Positions 18,215-28,201 of a DNA stretch of 64,000 nt are shown here, one piece after another. The number at the start of each line of letters is the position of its first letter. The first letter of the stretch is position 1. The stretch lies in the NCBI GenBank assembly GCA_028868715.1, contig JAGWUB010000001.1, positions 119,206-183,205 of the forward strand, written 5' to 3'. The stretch comes from Patescibacteria group bacterium. Its GTDB lineage: Bacteria; Patescibacteriota; Minisyncoccia; Phycocordibacterales; UBA9973. The notes beneath the pieces are model-generated. The model did not search any database and had not been told where the DNA came from. It saw nothing but the letters and a program-made list of their open reading frames with translations. Made by a program: the position numbers and the translations under genes.

Positions 18215-18466
18215 ATGCCAATTACAAAATCAGCTAAAAAAGCAGTTCGGGGATCTCTTCGCAAGAAGGCCTTAAACGATCAACGCAAGCGTGCGATGAA
18301 GGAGATAATCAAGAAAATTGATAAACTTTCTAAAACAAATAAAGCCGAAGCGCTCAAATTATTGAGCTCCGCCTTCGCAGCCATAGATAAGGCCGCAGGA
18401 AAGGGTGTTATAAAAAAGAACAACGCCGCTCGTAAAAAATCTCGCTTATCAAGAATAACTAAATAA
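18215..18466 (+). CDS. rpsT: 30S ribosomal protein S20
   Basis: MPITKSAKKA..IDKAA.KGVIKKNNAARKKSRL; ATG at 18215. Confidence 0.95.
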   Translation: MPITKSAKKAVRGSLRKKALNDQRKRAMKEIIKKIDKLSKTNKAEALKLLSSAFAAIDKAAGKGVIKKNNAARKKSRLSRITK

Positions 18467-18473
18467 AAAAAAG

Positions 18474-18758
18474 ATGAATCATCTTTTGGAATTTTATGGA
18501 ACTGAATGCCCACACTGCGTGCGTATGCATGAGCTGGTAGAGCGTTTGGATAAAGAAGAGGGAATAAAAGTTGAAAGTTTGGAAGTTTGGCACAACAAAG
18601 AAAACGAAAAGAAACTTTTAGAACTCGACAAAGATATGTGTGGTGGCGTACCATTTTTCTATAACACAAAGACAGAGAAATTTATTTGCGGAGAGGCTGA
18701 TTACGATATTTTAAAAAAATGGGCAAAAGGAGAAGAATTTACTCAATCAGAACAGTAG
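18474..18758 (+). CDS. Thioredoxin/glutaredoxin-like protein
   Basis: ECPHC motif, CGGVPFF. Confidence 0.85.
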   Translation: MNHLLEFYGTECPHCVRMHELVERLDKEEGIKVESLEVWHNKENEKKLLELDKDMCGGVPFFYNTKTEKFICGEADYDILKKWAKGEEFTQSEQ

Positions 18759-18766
18759 GATTTTAA

Positions 18767-19615
18767 ATGAAAAAAATTATCTTGGTATTAAAAATTATCA
18801 TAGTCGTTTTTGCCTTGATAGGTCTTTTTTTTACGATAGTTTTTATTGGGATGCAGTTTGGATTATTAAATGTTCGTGGAAGTATTACAGAGCGTAATAA
18901 ATTTTTTACTGGAAATATTCTAAATAATACCTTGCTTGCAAGACCTTTCAGCACATCCAATAGGCCGGTTTATAATTGGGAACAAACACCAGAGTGGAAT
19001 GTACTTTCTACAGCTTTTACCAAGGACGCTCCAACAATTAATAAAGTTGCCTCGGAGACAGATGTTCCAGCTCGATTGATAGTGAGTGTCGTCGTACCCG
19101 AACAAATTCGATTCTTTACTTCAAACAGAGAATCATATAAAAAATATTTTGAACCATTAAAAATTTTAGGTACTTTGTCTCAGTTTTCCCTAGGTGTCAG
19201 TGGCATAAAACCAGAAACTGCAAAACAAATTGAGAAAAATAATATTGATCCAACGTCCTCATTTTATCCTGGTGATAAATATAAAAATTTATTAAATTAT
19301 CCTCAAGGAGCATTACATGATGTTGAGCTATACAATAGACTTACGGATCCACATGATCACTATTATCAATATTTATATACCGCTCTATTTATAAAGCAGG
19401 TCATGCATCAATGGCAGAGCTCTGGATTTGATTTAAACAATAACCCAGAAATTATGGCTACTATTTTTAATATCGGATTTGATCATTCGGTGCCAAGTAA
19501 TCAGCCAATTGTCGGTGGGGCACCAATTGAAATAGGCGGTGAAACTTTAAGTTATGGTGGGCTAAGTGGAGAATTTTACCGTTCCGGAGAACTGCTGGAT
19601 CAATTTCCAAATTAA
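18767..19615 (+). CDS. Membrane-anchored hypothetical protein
   Basis: N-terminal TM helix, 282-aa ORF, terminator downstream. Confidence 0.7.
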   Translation: MKKIILVLKIIIVVFALIGLFFTIVFIGMQFGLLNVRGSITERNKFFTGNILNNTLLARPFSTSNRPVYNWEQTPEWNVLSTAFTKDAPTINKVASETDVPARLIVSVVVPEQIRFFTSNRESYKKYFEPLKILGTLSQFSLGVSGIKPETAKQIEKNNIDPTSSFYPGDKYKNLLNYPQGALHDVELYNRLTDPHDHYYQYLYTALFIKQVMHQWQSSGFDLNNNPEIMATIFNIGFDHSVPSNQPIVGGAPIEIGGETLSYGGLSGEFYRSGELLDQFPN

Positions 19616-19628
19616 AAAATAAGAAAAT

Positions 19629-19655
19629 AAAAAAGCCCCAAAGTGGGGCTTTTTT
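19629..19655. terminator. Bidirectional intrinsic terminator
   Basis: AAAAAAGCCCCA-AAG-TGGGGCTTTTTT between convergent genes. Confidence 0.85.
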
Positions 19656-19668
19656 ATTTGAAAGAATA

Positions 19669-19866
19669 TTACGCGCGTTGTACGTTTGTAGCATTCAATC
19701 CTTTTGGTGATTCTTCTGTTTCAAAAGAAACAGTATCACCTTCTTTTAACTCGTCAAAAGTTACGCCAACAAGAGAATTGCTGTGGAAGAATAAATCCTT
19801 CTCTAGTCCTTCTGCTGTTATGAAGCCGAAACCTTTATCAGTGAGTCTTTTTATAGTACCAGTCAT
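19669..19866 (-). CDS. cspA: Cold-shock protein
   Basis: KGFGFI, DLFFH, KGLNATNV. Confidence 0.93.
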   Translation of the reverse strand: MTGTIKRLTDKGFGFITAEGLEKDLFFHSNSLVGVTFDELKEGDTVSFETEESPKGLNATNVQRA

Positions 19867-20027
19867 TGATGTTTTAGTTTAAATTGTTAAATACAAATTG
19901 GTTGTTCTTAAGAAATCGACGCTACTTGGCTCTTCTTCTACCTACTTTGTCTGTAAAGAATATCACAAAACAATACATTCTGTCAAGTGAGCTTTCTATT
20001 TTAGCTTGAATAAGCTAATCTACAGGG

Positions 20028-21536
20028 ATGTCCAAAGAACCAAAAGAAACGAAAAAAACCCAAGAAGCCATAGTCAGATTCGATAAGGTCTCATTTGAGT
20101 GGGGGGTCAATAAGCCTATTCTAGACGAAGTATCGTTTACTCTACGACGTGGAGTTAAGTTTGCTCTGATGGGGCAAAATGGGGCCGGGAAGAGCACTAT
20201 CTTTGGATTGATAGCTCGCACGAATACTCCAGAATCAGGGGTAATTAATGTTATAAACGGAGTAAGCATTGCTCTGTCTAGGCAAGTTATACCGAAAATA
20301 GAATTGGAACTGACTGTACGAGAATTTTTTGAAAAAAGTTTACTAAATGTTTCCTCCAAAAAGGTTTACGATATTGATCCTAAAATAGATGAAATTTTAG
20401 AAGTAGTAAATTTAAAAGGTCACGAAAAAGTACATGACAGAATAATCAAAACTTTTTCAGGAGGACAGCAGGCGAGGCTCCTTTTAGCTTCGGCTCTTAT
20501 CCAAAACCCAGACCTACTTCTCTTAGATGAGCCGACAAATAACCTAGACAAAGCTGGGATTGCACACCTGACAAGATATTTAATTAATTATAAAAAAACT
20601 GTTTTAGTTATTTCGCACGATGCTGAATTTTTAAATGCCTTTACTGAAGGGGTGCTGTATTTAGATATATATACAAAAAAAATAGAACAATATGTGGGAA
20701 ACTACTTTAACGTAGTTAAAGACATCACCGCGAGGGTGGAGAAAGAAAATATGAAGAATGCCCAATTGCAAAAAGAAATTCAGGCAAAAAAAGATCAAGC
20801 CAATGTGTTTGCTTACAAAGGCGGAAGACTAAGATTGGTAGCTAAGCGAATGCGTGAAAAAGCAGAAGAGCTGGAAGAAGAAATTGTGGATGTGCGAAAA
20901 GAAGATAAAGCCATCAGACCGTTTATAATTCCTTCACAGCCAGATTTAGTGGGTGAAATTTTAAAAATAACTTCATTTACTACCATGAAAAATGGGAAAA
21001 TAGTAAAACATAAAGTGAATGTGAGTTTAAATAAAAATATCCACTTACTACTCCAAGGTCCAAATGGTATTGGTAAAACTACTTTATTGGAAAGACTGGC
21101 GAGTGGTCATGCTGAAGGAGAAAAGGTGAAAGATGGAATTCGGATTGGTTACTATCGGCAAGATTTTTCCACGCTCAATTTTGAAGACACGGTTTATCAA
21201 TCACTTGGTAGTGCCATGCAGGAAGGAGGAGATATATTAAACGAAGAACATATGCGTTCTGTGGCGGCAGGATTTTTGATTACTGGAGAATTTATTCGCA
21301 CAAAAATAGGTAGCTTATCAGAAGGCCAAAAAGGTTTGGTAGCTTTTGCCAGACTTGTGCTTCAAAAACCCGGACTTCTTATCTTGGATGAGCCGACCAA
21401 TCATATCAACTTCAGACACCTTCCTGTTATCGCAGAGGCCTTAGACAAATATAAAGGGGCCATGATCATCGTTTCTCACGTACCTGACTTTATAAAACAA
21501 ATTAGGATTGATGAAGTACTTGATCTAGAAAAATAG
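20028..21536 (+). CDS. ABC-F family ATP-binding protein
   Basis: Two ATPase domains (GQNGAGKST, FSGGQ, LDEPTNNLD; GPNGIGKTT, LSEGQ, LDEPTNH), no TM segments. Confidence 0.9.
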   Translation: MSKEPKETKKTQEAIVRFDKVSFEWGVNKPILDEVSFTLRRGVKFALMGQNGAGKSTIFGLIARTNTPESGVINVINGVSIALSRQVIPKIELELTVREFFEKSLLNVSSKKVYDIDPKIDEILEVVNLKGHEKVHDRIIKTFSGGQQARLLLASALIQNPDLLLLDEPTNNLDKAGIAHLTRYLINYKKTVLVISHDAEFLNAFTEGVLYLDIYTKKIEQYVGNYFNVVKDITARVEKENMKNAQLQKEIQAKKDQANVFAYKGGRLRLVAKRMREKAEELEEEIVDVRKEDKAIRPFIIPSQPDLVGEILKITSFTTMKNGKIVKHKVNVSLNKNIHLLLQGPNGIGKTTLLERLASGHAEGEKVKDGIRIGYYRQDFSTLNFEDTVYQSLGSAMQEGGDILNEEHMRSVAAGFLITGEFIRTKIGSLSEGQKGLVAFARLVLQKPGLLILDEPTNHINFRHLPVIAEALDKYKGAMIIVSHVPDFIKQIRIDEVLDLEK

Positions 21537-22167
21537 ATAGTTCCTTGCCGGTAATTTCATGTAGAGATTTTGGTTTTAAATTACCCAATTTTATATTCAT
21601 AATTCTTTCGCGTTTTAAGTCGGCAACCTCTTGAAACAGAGCCGAGCACATTCTCCGAATTTGATGTTTCTTTCCTTCAGTTAAAATTACCCTAAAAGTA
21701 AAATCATTTACGATTGTTACCTTGCAAGGTTTTGTTTTATAACCTTCAATATTTACCCCTTTTTCCATTTTGTCTTTAAAACTTCCGCGCAATTTTTCTT
21801 TTGTTTTTACCACATATTCTTTTTCGTGAAAGTATTTTGGTGAAAGTAGCTGGTCAGTAATACGTCCATCGTTGGTAAGTATCAAAAGTCCGTGGCTAGC
21901 CTTATCGAGGCGCCCAAGGGGGAATAGCCCAGCTTTTGGTGAATCGGTCTCTACTCCTATCGGTTTATTATAAGCATAGTATTTATACTCTTTTGCTTTA
22001 GCTCCTTTTATTTCTACTTTATCTGTCTCGCTAACCTGACTACCAAGTACGGCCCTCTTGCCATTAATGAAAACTTTTTGTTCTCTGATTAACTCATCAG
22101 CGCCTCTCCTAGTAGAGATTTTTTTTAGTGCCAGATATTTATTTATACGCATTGGATAATTCTCCAT
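21502..22167 (-). CDS. RsuA/RluB/RluF-family pseudouridine synthase
   Basis: S4 domain MRINKYLA, GRLDKASHGLLILTNDG, EGKKHQIRRM. Confidence 0.92.
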   Translation of the reverse strand: MENYPMRINKYLALKKISTRRGADELIREQKVFINGKRAVLGSQVSETDKVEIKGAKAKEYKYYAYNKPIGVETDSPKAGLFPLGRLDKASHGLLILTNDGRITDQLLSPKYFHEKEYVVKTKEKLRGSFKDKMEKGVNIEGYKTKPCKVTIVNDFTFRVILTEGKKHQIRRMCSALFQEVADLKRERIMNIKLGNLKPKSLHEITGKELSIFLDQVLHQS

Positions 22168-22221
22168 AAAACAAATAATAGCACATTTCTGTGCTATTAT
22201 TTTTGTGGGTTAATATTAATT

Positions 22222-24261
22222 TTATTGTGTCACAGTGGTAGTTTTTCTACCAGAAGGTTGCTCCAAAGTCGTGGTAGTTTTTCTCTGGAATGATTGACCA
22301 AAGAGGTATTTAGCCAAAAGGATCAATACTAAGATTAGAATCAAGAGTAGAAGCCAACCAAAGATACTGTTTGGTAGGAAGCCAGCTCCGAAGACATTTG
22401 CTCCAAGAGATACACCAGATACAGTTCCACAAACATTTGCTGAGACATTTGCGCTGACTGATTGTGGCGCACCAGAAGGATCAACATAACTCAAGGTAGC
22501 AGGGAAGTTCAAAGGTGCACCAGCGGATATATTTTCTCTTACATGCACTCTGGCTGTCACTGTACCTTGTCCGTTTGCTCGCAAGGTTCCCAAGTTAAAG
22601 ATTAAAGTTTGCCCAGAAATAGTTGCGTTGCTTGGATTTGAGGATAGGTAAGTAACTTCTGCTGGAAGATCTACTCGCAGCACTAGGCCAGTAATAGATG
22701 CATTGCCGATGTTTTGATAAGTTATGCTGTAATTAATATCATCTCCAGGACATGGATTAGTATTGTCGAGCGTAGGGACGATTGGTCGATTACGGTCTAC
22801 GGTAGAAGTGACCAAGACCAAAGAGGTAGGTGTTCTATTAGTGGTAACTCCTAATACTTGTCCATTTACATTTACCGTCACAAAATCACTTGCTGATCCC
22901 ATACCATTAGTACAAGTTATTGAATAAGTTCTAGTGCCAGTCAAACTTCCAGTGTAGAAAGCACCTGGACCGATAGACTTTATTCCTGCCCAACCGACAG
23001 ATCCACCAGAGGCATTACAAGAAGTTGCATTAGTGGTGCTCCAGCGGATTGTCGTAGCTCCGTTGAAGGCTAGGTTAGTTTGATCTGCAGTTATAGTTAC
23101 TGTTGGTTGATAAGTTACTGGAAAAATGTTTCCACCAGTTACATAAACTGTAGTTGAACCAACTGCATTTCCAGTACCGTTACTACAATTTATATTGAAG
23201 GTCGTTGTGTTAGTTAGTGGTCCAGTGTAGAAACTTCCAGACAAATTTTGAGTGCCATACCAGCCGTTGGTGCCACCACTCGCGGTACAGTAAGTCGCAT
23301 TAGTCGAATACCAAGTTATGGTGCTTGTACCATTGTAGTTTACATTTGATGGGCTAGCGTAGATACTAACAACTGGATACTGTTGATTATTATAATTATT
23401 TACATAAACCGTAGTTGAAGCCACTGCACTTCCAGTACCGTTACTACAATTTATATTGAAGGTCGTTGTGTTAGTTAGTGGTCCAGTGTAGAAACTTCCA
23501 GACAAGTTTTGAGTGCCATACCAACCGTTGGTAGTACCACCACCTCCACTTGCTGTACAGTAACTTGCATTGGTTGAATACCAAGTTATGGTACTTGTGC
23601 CGTTGTAGTTTACATTTGATGGGCTAGCATAAATACTGACGGTCGGAACATTTTGGTTGTTATTTACATAAACCGTTGCAGTCGCGCTAGCTGATTGACC
23701 AGTACTATTTGTACAAGTAGTCGTGTAAGTCGTAGTTCCGGTCGGAGTAACTATACCCGATCCAGAGGTTGCAGTGCTTCCAGTCCAAAAAGCGGAGCAA
23801 GAAGTTGCATTAGTTGAATACCAAGTAAGAGTACTTGAATTACCAGAGTTAATAGTTGAAGGATTTGCATTTAGAGTTACAGTTGGAGTCGAGATTTGGT
23901 TACAAGAAGGAGTCGTAAAAGTTCTAGTTTCGCCAGTATAATTACCATTCCTATTTGAGGCCATCGCTCGGAACGAATAAACAGTATTTTCCGTAAGACC
24001 ACTTATGTATTGAGAGTAGCTTCCACTTACTGTAAAGCTTTGCTGAGGAGTAGTGTTATCAAGGGAACCACCTTGACCCCATTCAAACCATGCCAAAGTT
24101 GCCACACCGCCGGTATTAACATTTCCATCTAAAGTGGCGCTATTGCATGTCATTGCAAAAGCAGTCTTTGCTGGCATTAAGGGTACAGCCAAAATACCCA
24201 TAAATACGACCATACTTAGTAAAAGCAAACCTTTATTCAATTGTGTTTTTAAATTGTTCAT
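22222..24261 (-). CDS. Large Ser/Thr-rich cell-surface protein with tandem Ig-like repeats, DUF11-like domain and C-terminal TM anchor
   Basis: Signal peptide, repeated PTVTL.A.P..W.STNATSC.A units, PGDDINYSITYQNIG, C-terminal hydrophobic helix. Confidence 0.8.
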   Translation of the reverse strand: MNNLKTQLNKGLLLLSMVVFMGILAVPLMPAKTAFAMTCNSATLDGNVNTGGVATLAWFEWGQGGSLDNTTPQQSFTVSGSYSQYISGLTENTVYSFRAMASNRNGNYTGETRTFTTPSCNQISTPTVTLNANPSTINSGNSSTLTWYSTNATSCSAFWTGSTATSGSGIVTPTGTTTYTTTCTNSTGQSASATATVYVNNNQNVPTVSIYASPSNVNYNGTSTITWYSTNASYCTASGGGGTTNGWYGTQNLSGSFYTGPLTNTTTFNINCSNGTGSAVASTTVYVNNYNNQQYPVVSIYASPSNVNYNGTSTITWYSTNATYCTASGGTNGWYGTQNLSGSFYTGPLTNTTTFNINCSNGTGNAVGSTTVYVTGGNIFPVTYQPTVTITADQTNLAFNGATTIRWSTTNATSCNASGGSVGWAGIKSIGPGAFYTGSLTGTRTYSITCTNGMGSASDFVTVNVNGQVLGVTTNRTPTSLVLVTSTVDRNRPIVPTLDNTNPCPGDDINYSITYQNIGNASITGLVLRVDLPAEVTYLSSNPSNATISGQTLIFNLGTLRANGQGTVTARVHVRENISAGAPLNFPATLSYVDPSGAPQSVSANVSANVCGTVSGVSLGANVFGAGFLPNSIFGWLLLLILILVLILLAKYLFGQSFQRKTTTTLEQPSGRKTTTVTQ
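23140..23640 (-). repeat. Intragenic tandem duplication (about 261-bp period)
   Basis: 76 nt identical between 23169-23244 and 23430-23505, with similar flanks. Confidence 0.9.
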
Positions 24262-24468
24262 AATGTTTTTCTATAACATATGCTCACTTGTGTCAAGTAG
24301 AGCAACTAATAATATAATAATGAAATAAGGGGAGAGCGAAAACAAACGGATCTCACTCTCTAAAGACATGACGTAGAAATAATATTCTTATTTCATGGCT
24401 TTAGAGAGTGGAGGAGGGGAGGTCCTAAAAACTCTCTCCCTCCTCCCGATGAATATCAGGAGAAGATT

Positions 24469-25110
24469 TTAATGCGCACCGATGGTTGTTACACCACCAC
24501 CGCCGATCCTTCCGGCTCGACAGAAGCCTCGGAAACCTACTGCGCATAGAACACCTATGGTTCCACCTACTGCAGTGGCTGAAACCACTACCGTTTTGGT
24601 CGTGGACCAACCACCAGTTTTGATTTCCCGCCTAGTGCAGGAGTCATATTGGCGTGGACGACCTTTGGAGTCGGTCATCACCAGTACTGTGCAACGGTTC
24701 TCGAGGGTTGTCACCCTATTTTCGAGTACCCCTATGTCTTCCTCAGTCTTATCCACTCGACTTCCCAGCTCTTTTATTTGAGCTAACAAGTCCATGATCT
24801 TCTGATGGTCTTCCGGGTAGCGCTCGCTAGCCGGCTTGTTTCTGATCGCATTGATCTGCGCTTGCAGATCGGCGATTTCCTTGCTACAGCAAGCTACTGT
24901 TGTAGTAGTGGTGCTATAGTATTTTTTTACAACTGTCACTGGCCGTACCGATCTTTTTGCCACATGCCTTTTTGCAGGTGGCTTGGGGATTGGTGCTACG
25001 CACACATTCGGCGCCACGCACGGTTTATCGTCCTGTGCGTAAACTGACGCACTCAGGGCCACCATGGCCAATAAAACAACGATAACGAAACCGAAAAATT
25101 TCTTGTTCAT
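24469..25110 (-). CDS. Orphan secreted coiled-coil protein with C-terminal Gly-rich hydrophobic segment
   Basis: Signal peptide ending AYA, heptad pattern, AGGAG SD, visibly higher GC than its neighbours. Confidence 0.65.
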   Translation of the reverse strand: MNKKFFGFVIVVLLAMVALSASVYAQDDKPCVAPNVCVAPIPKPPAKRHVAKRSVRPVTVVKKYYSTTTTTVACCSKEIADLQAQINAIRNKPASERYPEDHQKIMDLLAQIKELGSRVDKTEEDIGVLENRVTTLENRCTVLVMTDSKGRPRQYDSCTRREIKTGGWSTTKTVVVSATAVGGTIGVLCAVGFRGFCRAGRIGGGGVTTIGAH

Positions 25111-25358
25111 TTTAATCTCCTGATATTTGATTTTGAAGAACTTTTTGTAGGGAGAACCCCTACTTGGAGCCCTTCCTTTTACTCTAGGATTGTATCATAG
25201 TCTACTGTAAATGTCAAGATAGGTTAAATTGCCATTAATTTTGGTAAATCTGGTAATATGCTTTTAAATTTTCGTATTTTGAATAGTTTTTGTTAAAAAA
25301 ATCCAAATCATATAATTTAATTTGGATTTTTAGTGAAAAACTGTTAGTCTAAAAATAT

Positions 25359-25430
25359 CCTCTCGTCGTTCAATGGATAGGACGTAACTTTGCGGAAGTT
25401 ATGATGTAGGTTCGATTCCTACCGAGAGGA
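25359..25430 (+). tRNA. tRNA-Arg (GCG)
   Basis: CCTCTCG/CGAGAGG acceptor stem, anticodon arm TAACT-TTGCGGA-AGTTA, GTTCGATTC. Confidence 0.9.
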
Positions 25431-25447
25431 CAATTAAAAAATAAAAG

Positions 25448-25939
25448 TTAGAACCCTAGGGCTTCCATAATTTTCTCTGAAAAAGTTTCTCTCATTTCTT
25501 CTTCGATTACATTTTTTTCAAGTAAGAAAGAACGAATATGTGGCGCCATATCGTTTTCTATCGGCGCTAAAATAATTGGCATAAAAAATCTTTCAGATTT
25601 TATGAAAAGAAGTGGTTTTAAGTTTTCACCGGGCTTTTCAGAAAAATTCTCTCTCTGGACCCAGAAAGATTTTATATTTTCATAAGGATAGAGACTAGTC
25701 TCAACACCAAACCCCCTGTCATTTAGTTCATAAGCCACCATTGTTGGTTTTTTTGTTGCTAAAAATCCAAGTAACACTCCACTCAAGATAATGAGTGCGG
25801 CAAAAAAATAATTGTTGTAAATAATGGCTGCGAGAGATGCGGTGACAACGATGATTCCGAGCGCCCAGAACCAATCATTGCTTCGCTCTTTATCTTCATA
25901 CTCCAAGGCAGACCATTGTAGATTTTCTCCTCTATTCAT
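25448..25939 (-). CDS. Conserved two-TM hypothetical protein typical of CPR bacteria
   Basis: W.A.EYE.K.RS.DWFW pattern, two TM helices, IKSFWV. Confidence 0.7.
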   Translation of the reverse strand: MNRGENLQWSALEYEDKERSNDWFWALGIIVVTASLAAIIYNNYFFAALIILSGVLLGFLATKKPTMVAYELNDRGFGVETSLYPYENIKSFWVQRENFSEKPGENLKPLLFIKSERFFMPIILAPIENDMAPHIRSFLLEKNVIEEEMRETFSEKIMEALGF

Positions 25940-25997
25940 AGGTTAATTTTAGCACTAAATAGTGTATTTTGGCAAAGTAATGTAAGATTATTATGTT

Positions 25998-27263
25998 ATG
26001 CACAGACCCTTAACTATTGTCGTTTTTGGAACCACCGGAGATTTATATCAAAATAAGCTTGCTACGGCTTTATTTGATTTATTTTCTTCCGGATTTTTAC
26101 CTGCAAAGTTTACAATTTTGGGTTTTGCCAGGAAGCCATTAGCAGATTTAGAATTTCGTAAATTTAGTGAAGCCGCTATAAAAAAAAGAGGCAAAAAAAT
26201 TAATAAAACAAAACTTGTTGCTTTTTTAAAACATTTGGAATACATACAAGGAGATTTAAATTCTATTGAAAGTTTTAAAAACTTGAGACTTAAACTTGCT
26301 AGTAATGATAAGAAAAATGGTGCTTGCTCCAATAAACTTTTTTACTTAGCTGTACCACCGACTTTTTATCGATCTATATTTCAAAGTATTTCCAAAACAG
26401 GGCTTAGCGTTCCGTGTGCCACCAAAGAAGGGGACAAGAAATGCACTTGGACCCGAATCTTGGTGGAAAAACCCTTTGGGCAAGATATAAAAGAAGCAGA
26501 AAATTTAGACAAAATGCTAGGTAAACTTTTTGACGAATCACAAATATTTCGCATAGATCACTATCTTGCCAAGGAAGCCGTACAGAACATTTTAAACTTT
26601 CGTTTTAATAATGGAATTTTTGAACCCCTTTGGAATAATAAAAAAATTGAAAAAGTGCGCATCGTTTTTCATGAAAATAATAACGTTTCTAACAGAGGTG
26701 CTTTTTACGATGATTTGGGAGCCTTGCGTGATGTGGGACAAAATCACATGTTGCAATTATTAGCACTTATTGCAATGGATAATCCAGCACAAATGAATAA
26801 AAAAGAAATTCATGCGGCTCGGCAAATGATTTTAGAGAATACTAAATTTAGAAATGTTTTGGTGCGAGGACAATACGAAGGATATTTAAACGAAAAAGAT
26901 GTCAAAGGTGATTCAAATACTGAAACCTTTTTTCGCTTGAATGTTTCCATAAATATTCCGCGTTGGAAAGGTGTGTGTTTTGAGCTGGAATCCGGAAAAG
27001 CTTTGGCTAATGGAGAAGTCTTTATTGAGGTTTATTTTAAAAACATAAATGCACATCTTACTTTTTCCATTTCTTCCAACGAAGGAGTTACTTATGATGC
27101 TTATGAAAAAGTATTATATGATGCTATTTTGGGAGATCAAACTTTATTTGTAAGTACAAAAGAGATTATGTCTGAATGGGTTTTAATAACTGATATAATA
27201 AAAAAATGGCAAAAGATACCATTAGTAATTTATAAAAAAGGCTCCAAAGGAGAAGATATATGA
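25998..27263 (+). CDS. zwf: Glucose-6-phosphate 1-dehydrogenase
   Basis: FGTTGDL, FYLAVPP, VEKPFG, RIDHYLAKE, RDVGQNH. Confidence 0.93.
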   Translation: MHRPLTIVVFGTTGDLYQNKLATALFDLFSSGFLPAKFTILGFARKPLADLEFRKFSEAAIKKRGKKINKTKLVAFLKHLEYIQGDLNSIESFKNLRLKLASNDKKNGACSNKLFYLAVPPTFYRSIFQSISKTGLSVPCATKEGDKKCTWTRILVEKPFGQDIKEAENLDKMLGKLFDESQIFRIDHYLAKEAVQNILNFRFNNGIFEPLWNNKKIEKVRIVFHENNNVSNRGAFYDDLGALRDVGQNHMLQLLALIAMDNPAQMNKKEIHAARQMILENTKFRNVLVRGQYEGYLNEKDVKGDSNTETFFRLNVSINIPRWKGVCFELESGKALANGEVFIEVYFKNINAHLTFSISSNEGVTYDAYEKVLYDAILGDQTLFVSTKEIMSEWVLITDIIKKWQKIPLVIYKKGSKGEDI

Positions 27264-28192
27264 AAAAACAAATTGGCTACATCGGGCTTGGGAAGATGGG
27301 TAAAAATATGGTTTTTCGATTGTTGCAAAATGGCTGGAATGTAATTGCTTACAACCGAGATACAGAGAAAGAAAAGGAAGTTATCGCTCAAGGAGCTCTT
27401 GGTACCACAAGCATAAAAGAATTAATTTCAAAACTCTCAACACCACGGGTGGTGTGGTTGATGGTGGCACATCAAGCAGTGGATGAAGTTATAAATGAAT
27501 TGGTGCCACTACTTGATAAAGGTGATCTCATTATTGATGGTGGAAATTCTCCATACCAAGAAACGATGCGTCGAGCCAAAGAATTTTCCGACAAAGGAAT
27601 TAACTTTTTAGACATTGGAGTTTCTGGTGGTCCAGGTGGAGCGCTAAATGGAGCTTGCATGATGGCTGGTGGGGAAAAGGAGATATATAACAAATTGGAA
27701 GCTACGGGATTTTTTAAAGATACTTGTTTGCCAAATGGTTTTGGATATATGGGCCCTTCAGGTGCGGGGCATTTTGTGAAAATGGTTCACAATGGTATTG
27801 AATATGGAATGATGCAATCCATCGCCGAAGGATTTGATTTGCTTAGACACTCTAGTGAATTTGATTTAGATTTAAATAAGGTAACTGAAGTATATTCTCA
27901 TGGCAGTGTCATTACCTCTAGCTTGGTTTCTTGGATGCAGGATGGGTATAAAAAATATGGGAAAGATTTGAATGAAATTTCAGGTAAAGCCTCGGCTTCT
28001 GGTGAGGGTAAATGGACATTAGAAGCGGGCAAGAGGGAAAACATATCTATGCCCGCTATCCAAACATCACTTGATGTCAGAAGTGCATCTCAACAAAAAC
28101 CAACTTACCAAGGCAAAGTAGTTTCAACTATGCGCGGAGAATTTGGACAACACCCAGTAAAGAGAGCCGAAGACGAACCAGAAATTTTGTAA
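27260..28192 (+). CDS. gnd: 6-phosphogluconate dehydrogenase (short YqeC type)
   Basis: IGLGKMG, IDGGNS, GVSGG, GHFVKMVHNGIEYG, MRGEFGQH. Confidence 0.95.
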   Translation: MKKQIGYIGLGKMGKNMVFRLLQNGWNVIAYNRDTEKEKEVIAQGALGTTSIKELISKLSTPRVVWLMVAHQAVDEVINELVPLLDKGDLIIDGGNSPYQETMRRAKEFSDKGINFLDIGVSGGPGGALNGACMMAGGEKEIYNKLEATGFFKDTCLPNGFGYMGPSGAGHFVKMVHNGIEYGMMQSIAEGFDLLRHSSEFDLDLNKVTEVYSHGSVITSSLVSWMQDGYKKYGKDLNEISGKASASGEGKWTLEAGKRENISMPAIQTSLDVRSASQQKPTYQGKVVSTMRGEFGQHPVKRAEDEPEIL

Positions 28193-28201
28193 TTATAAAA
28201 T

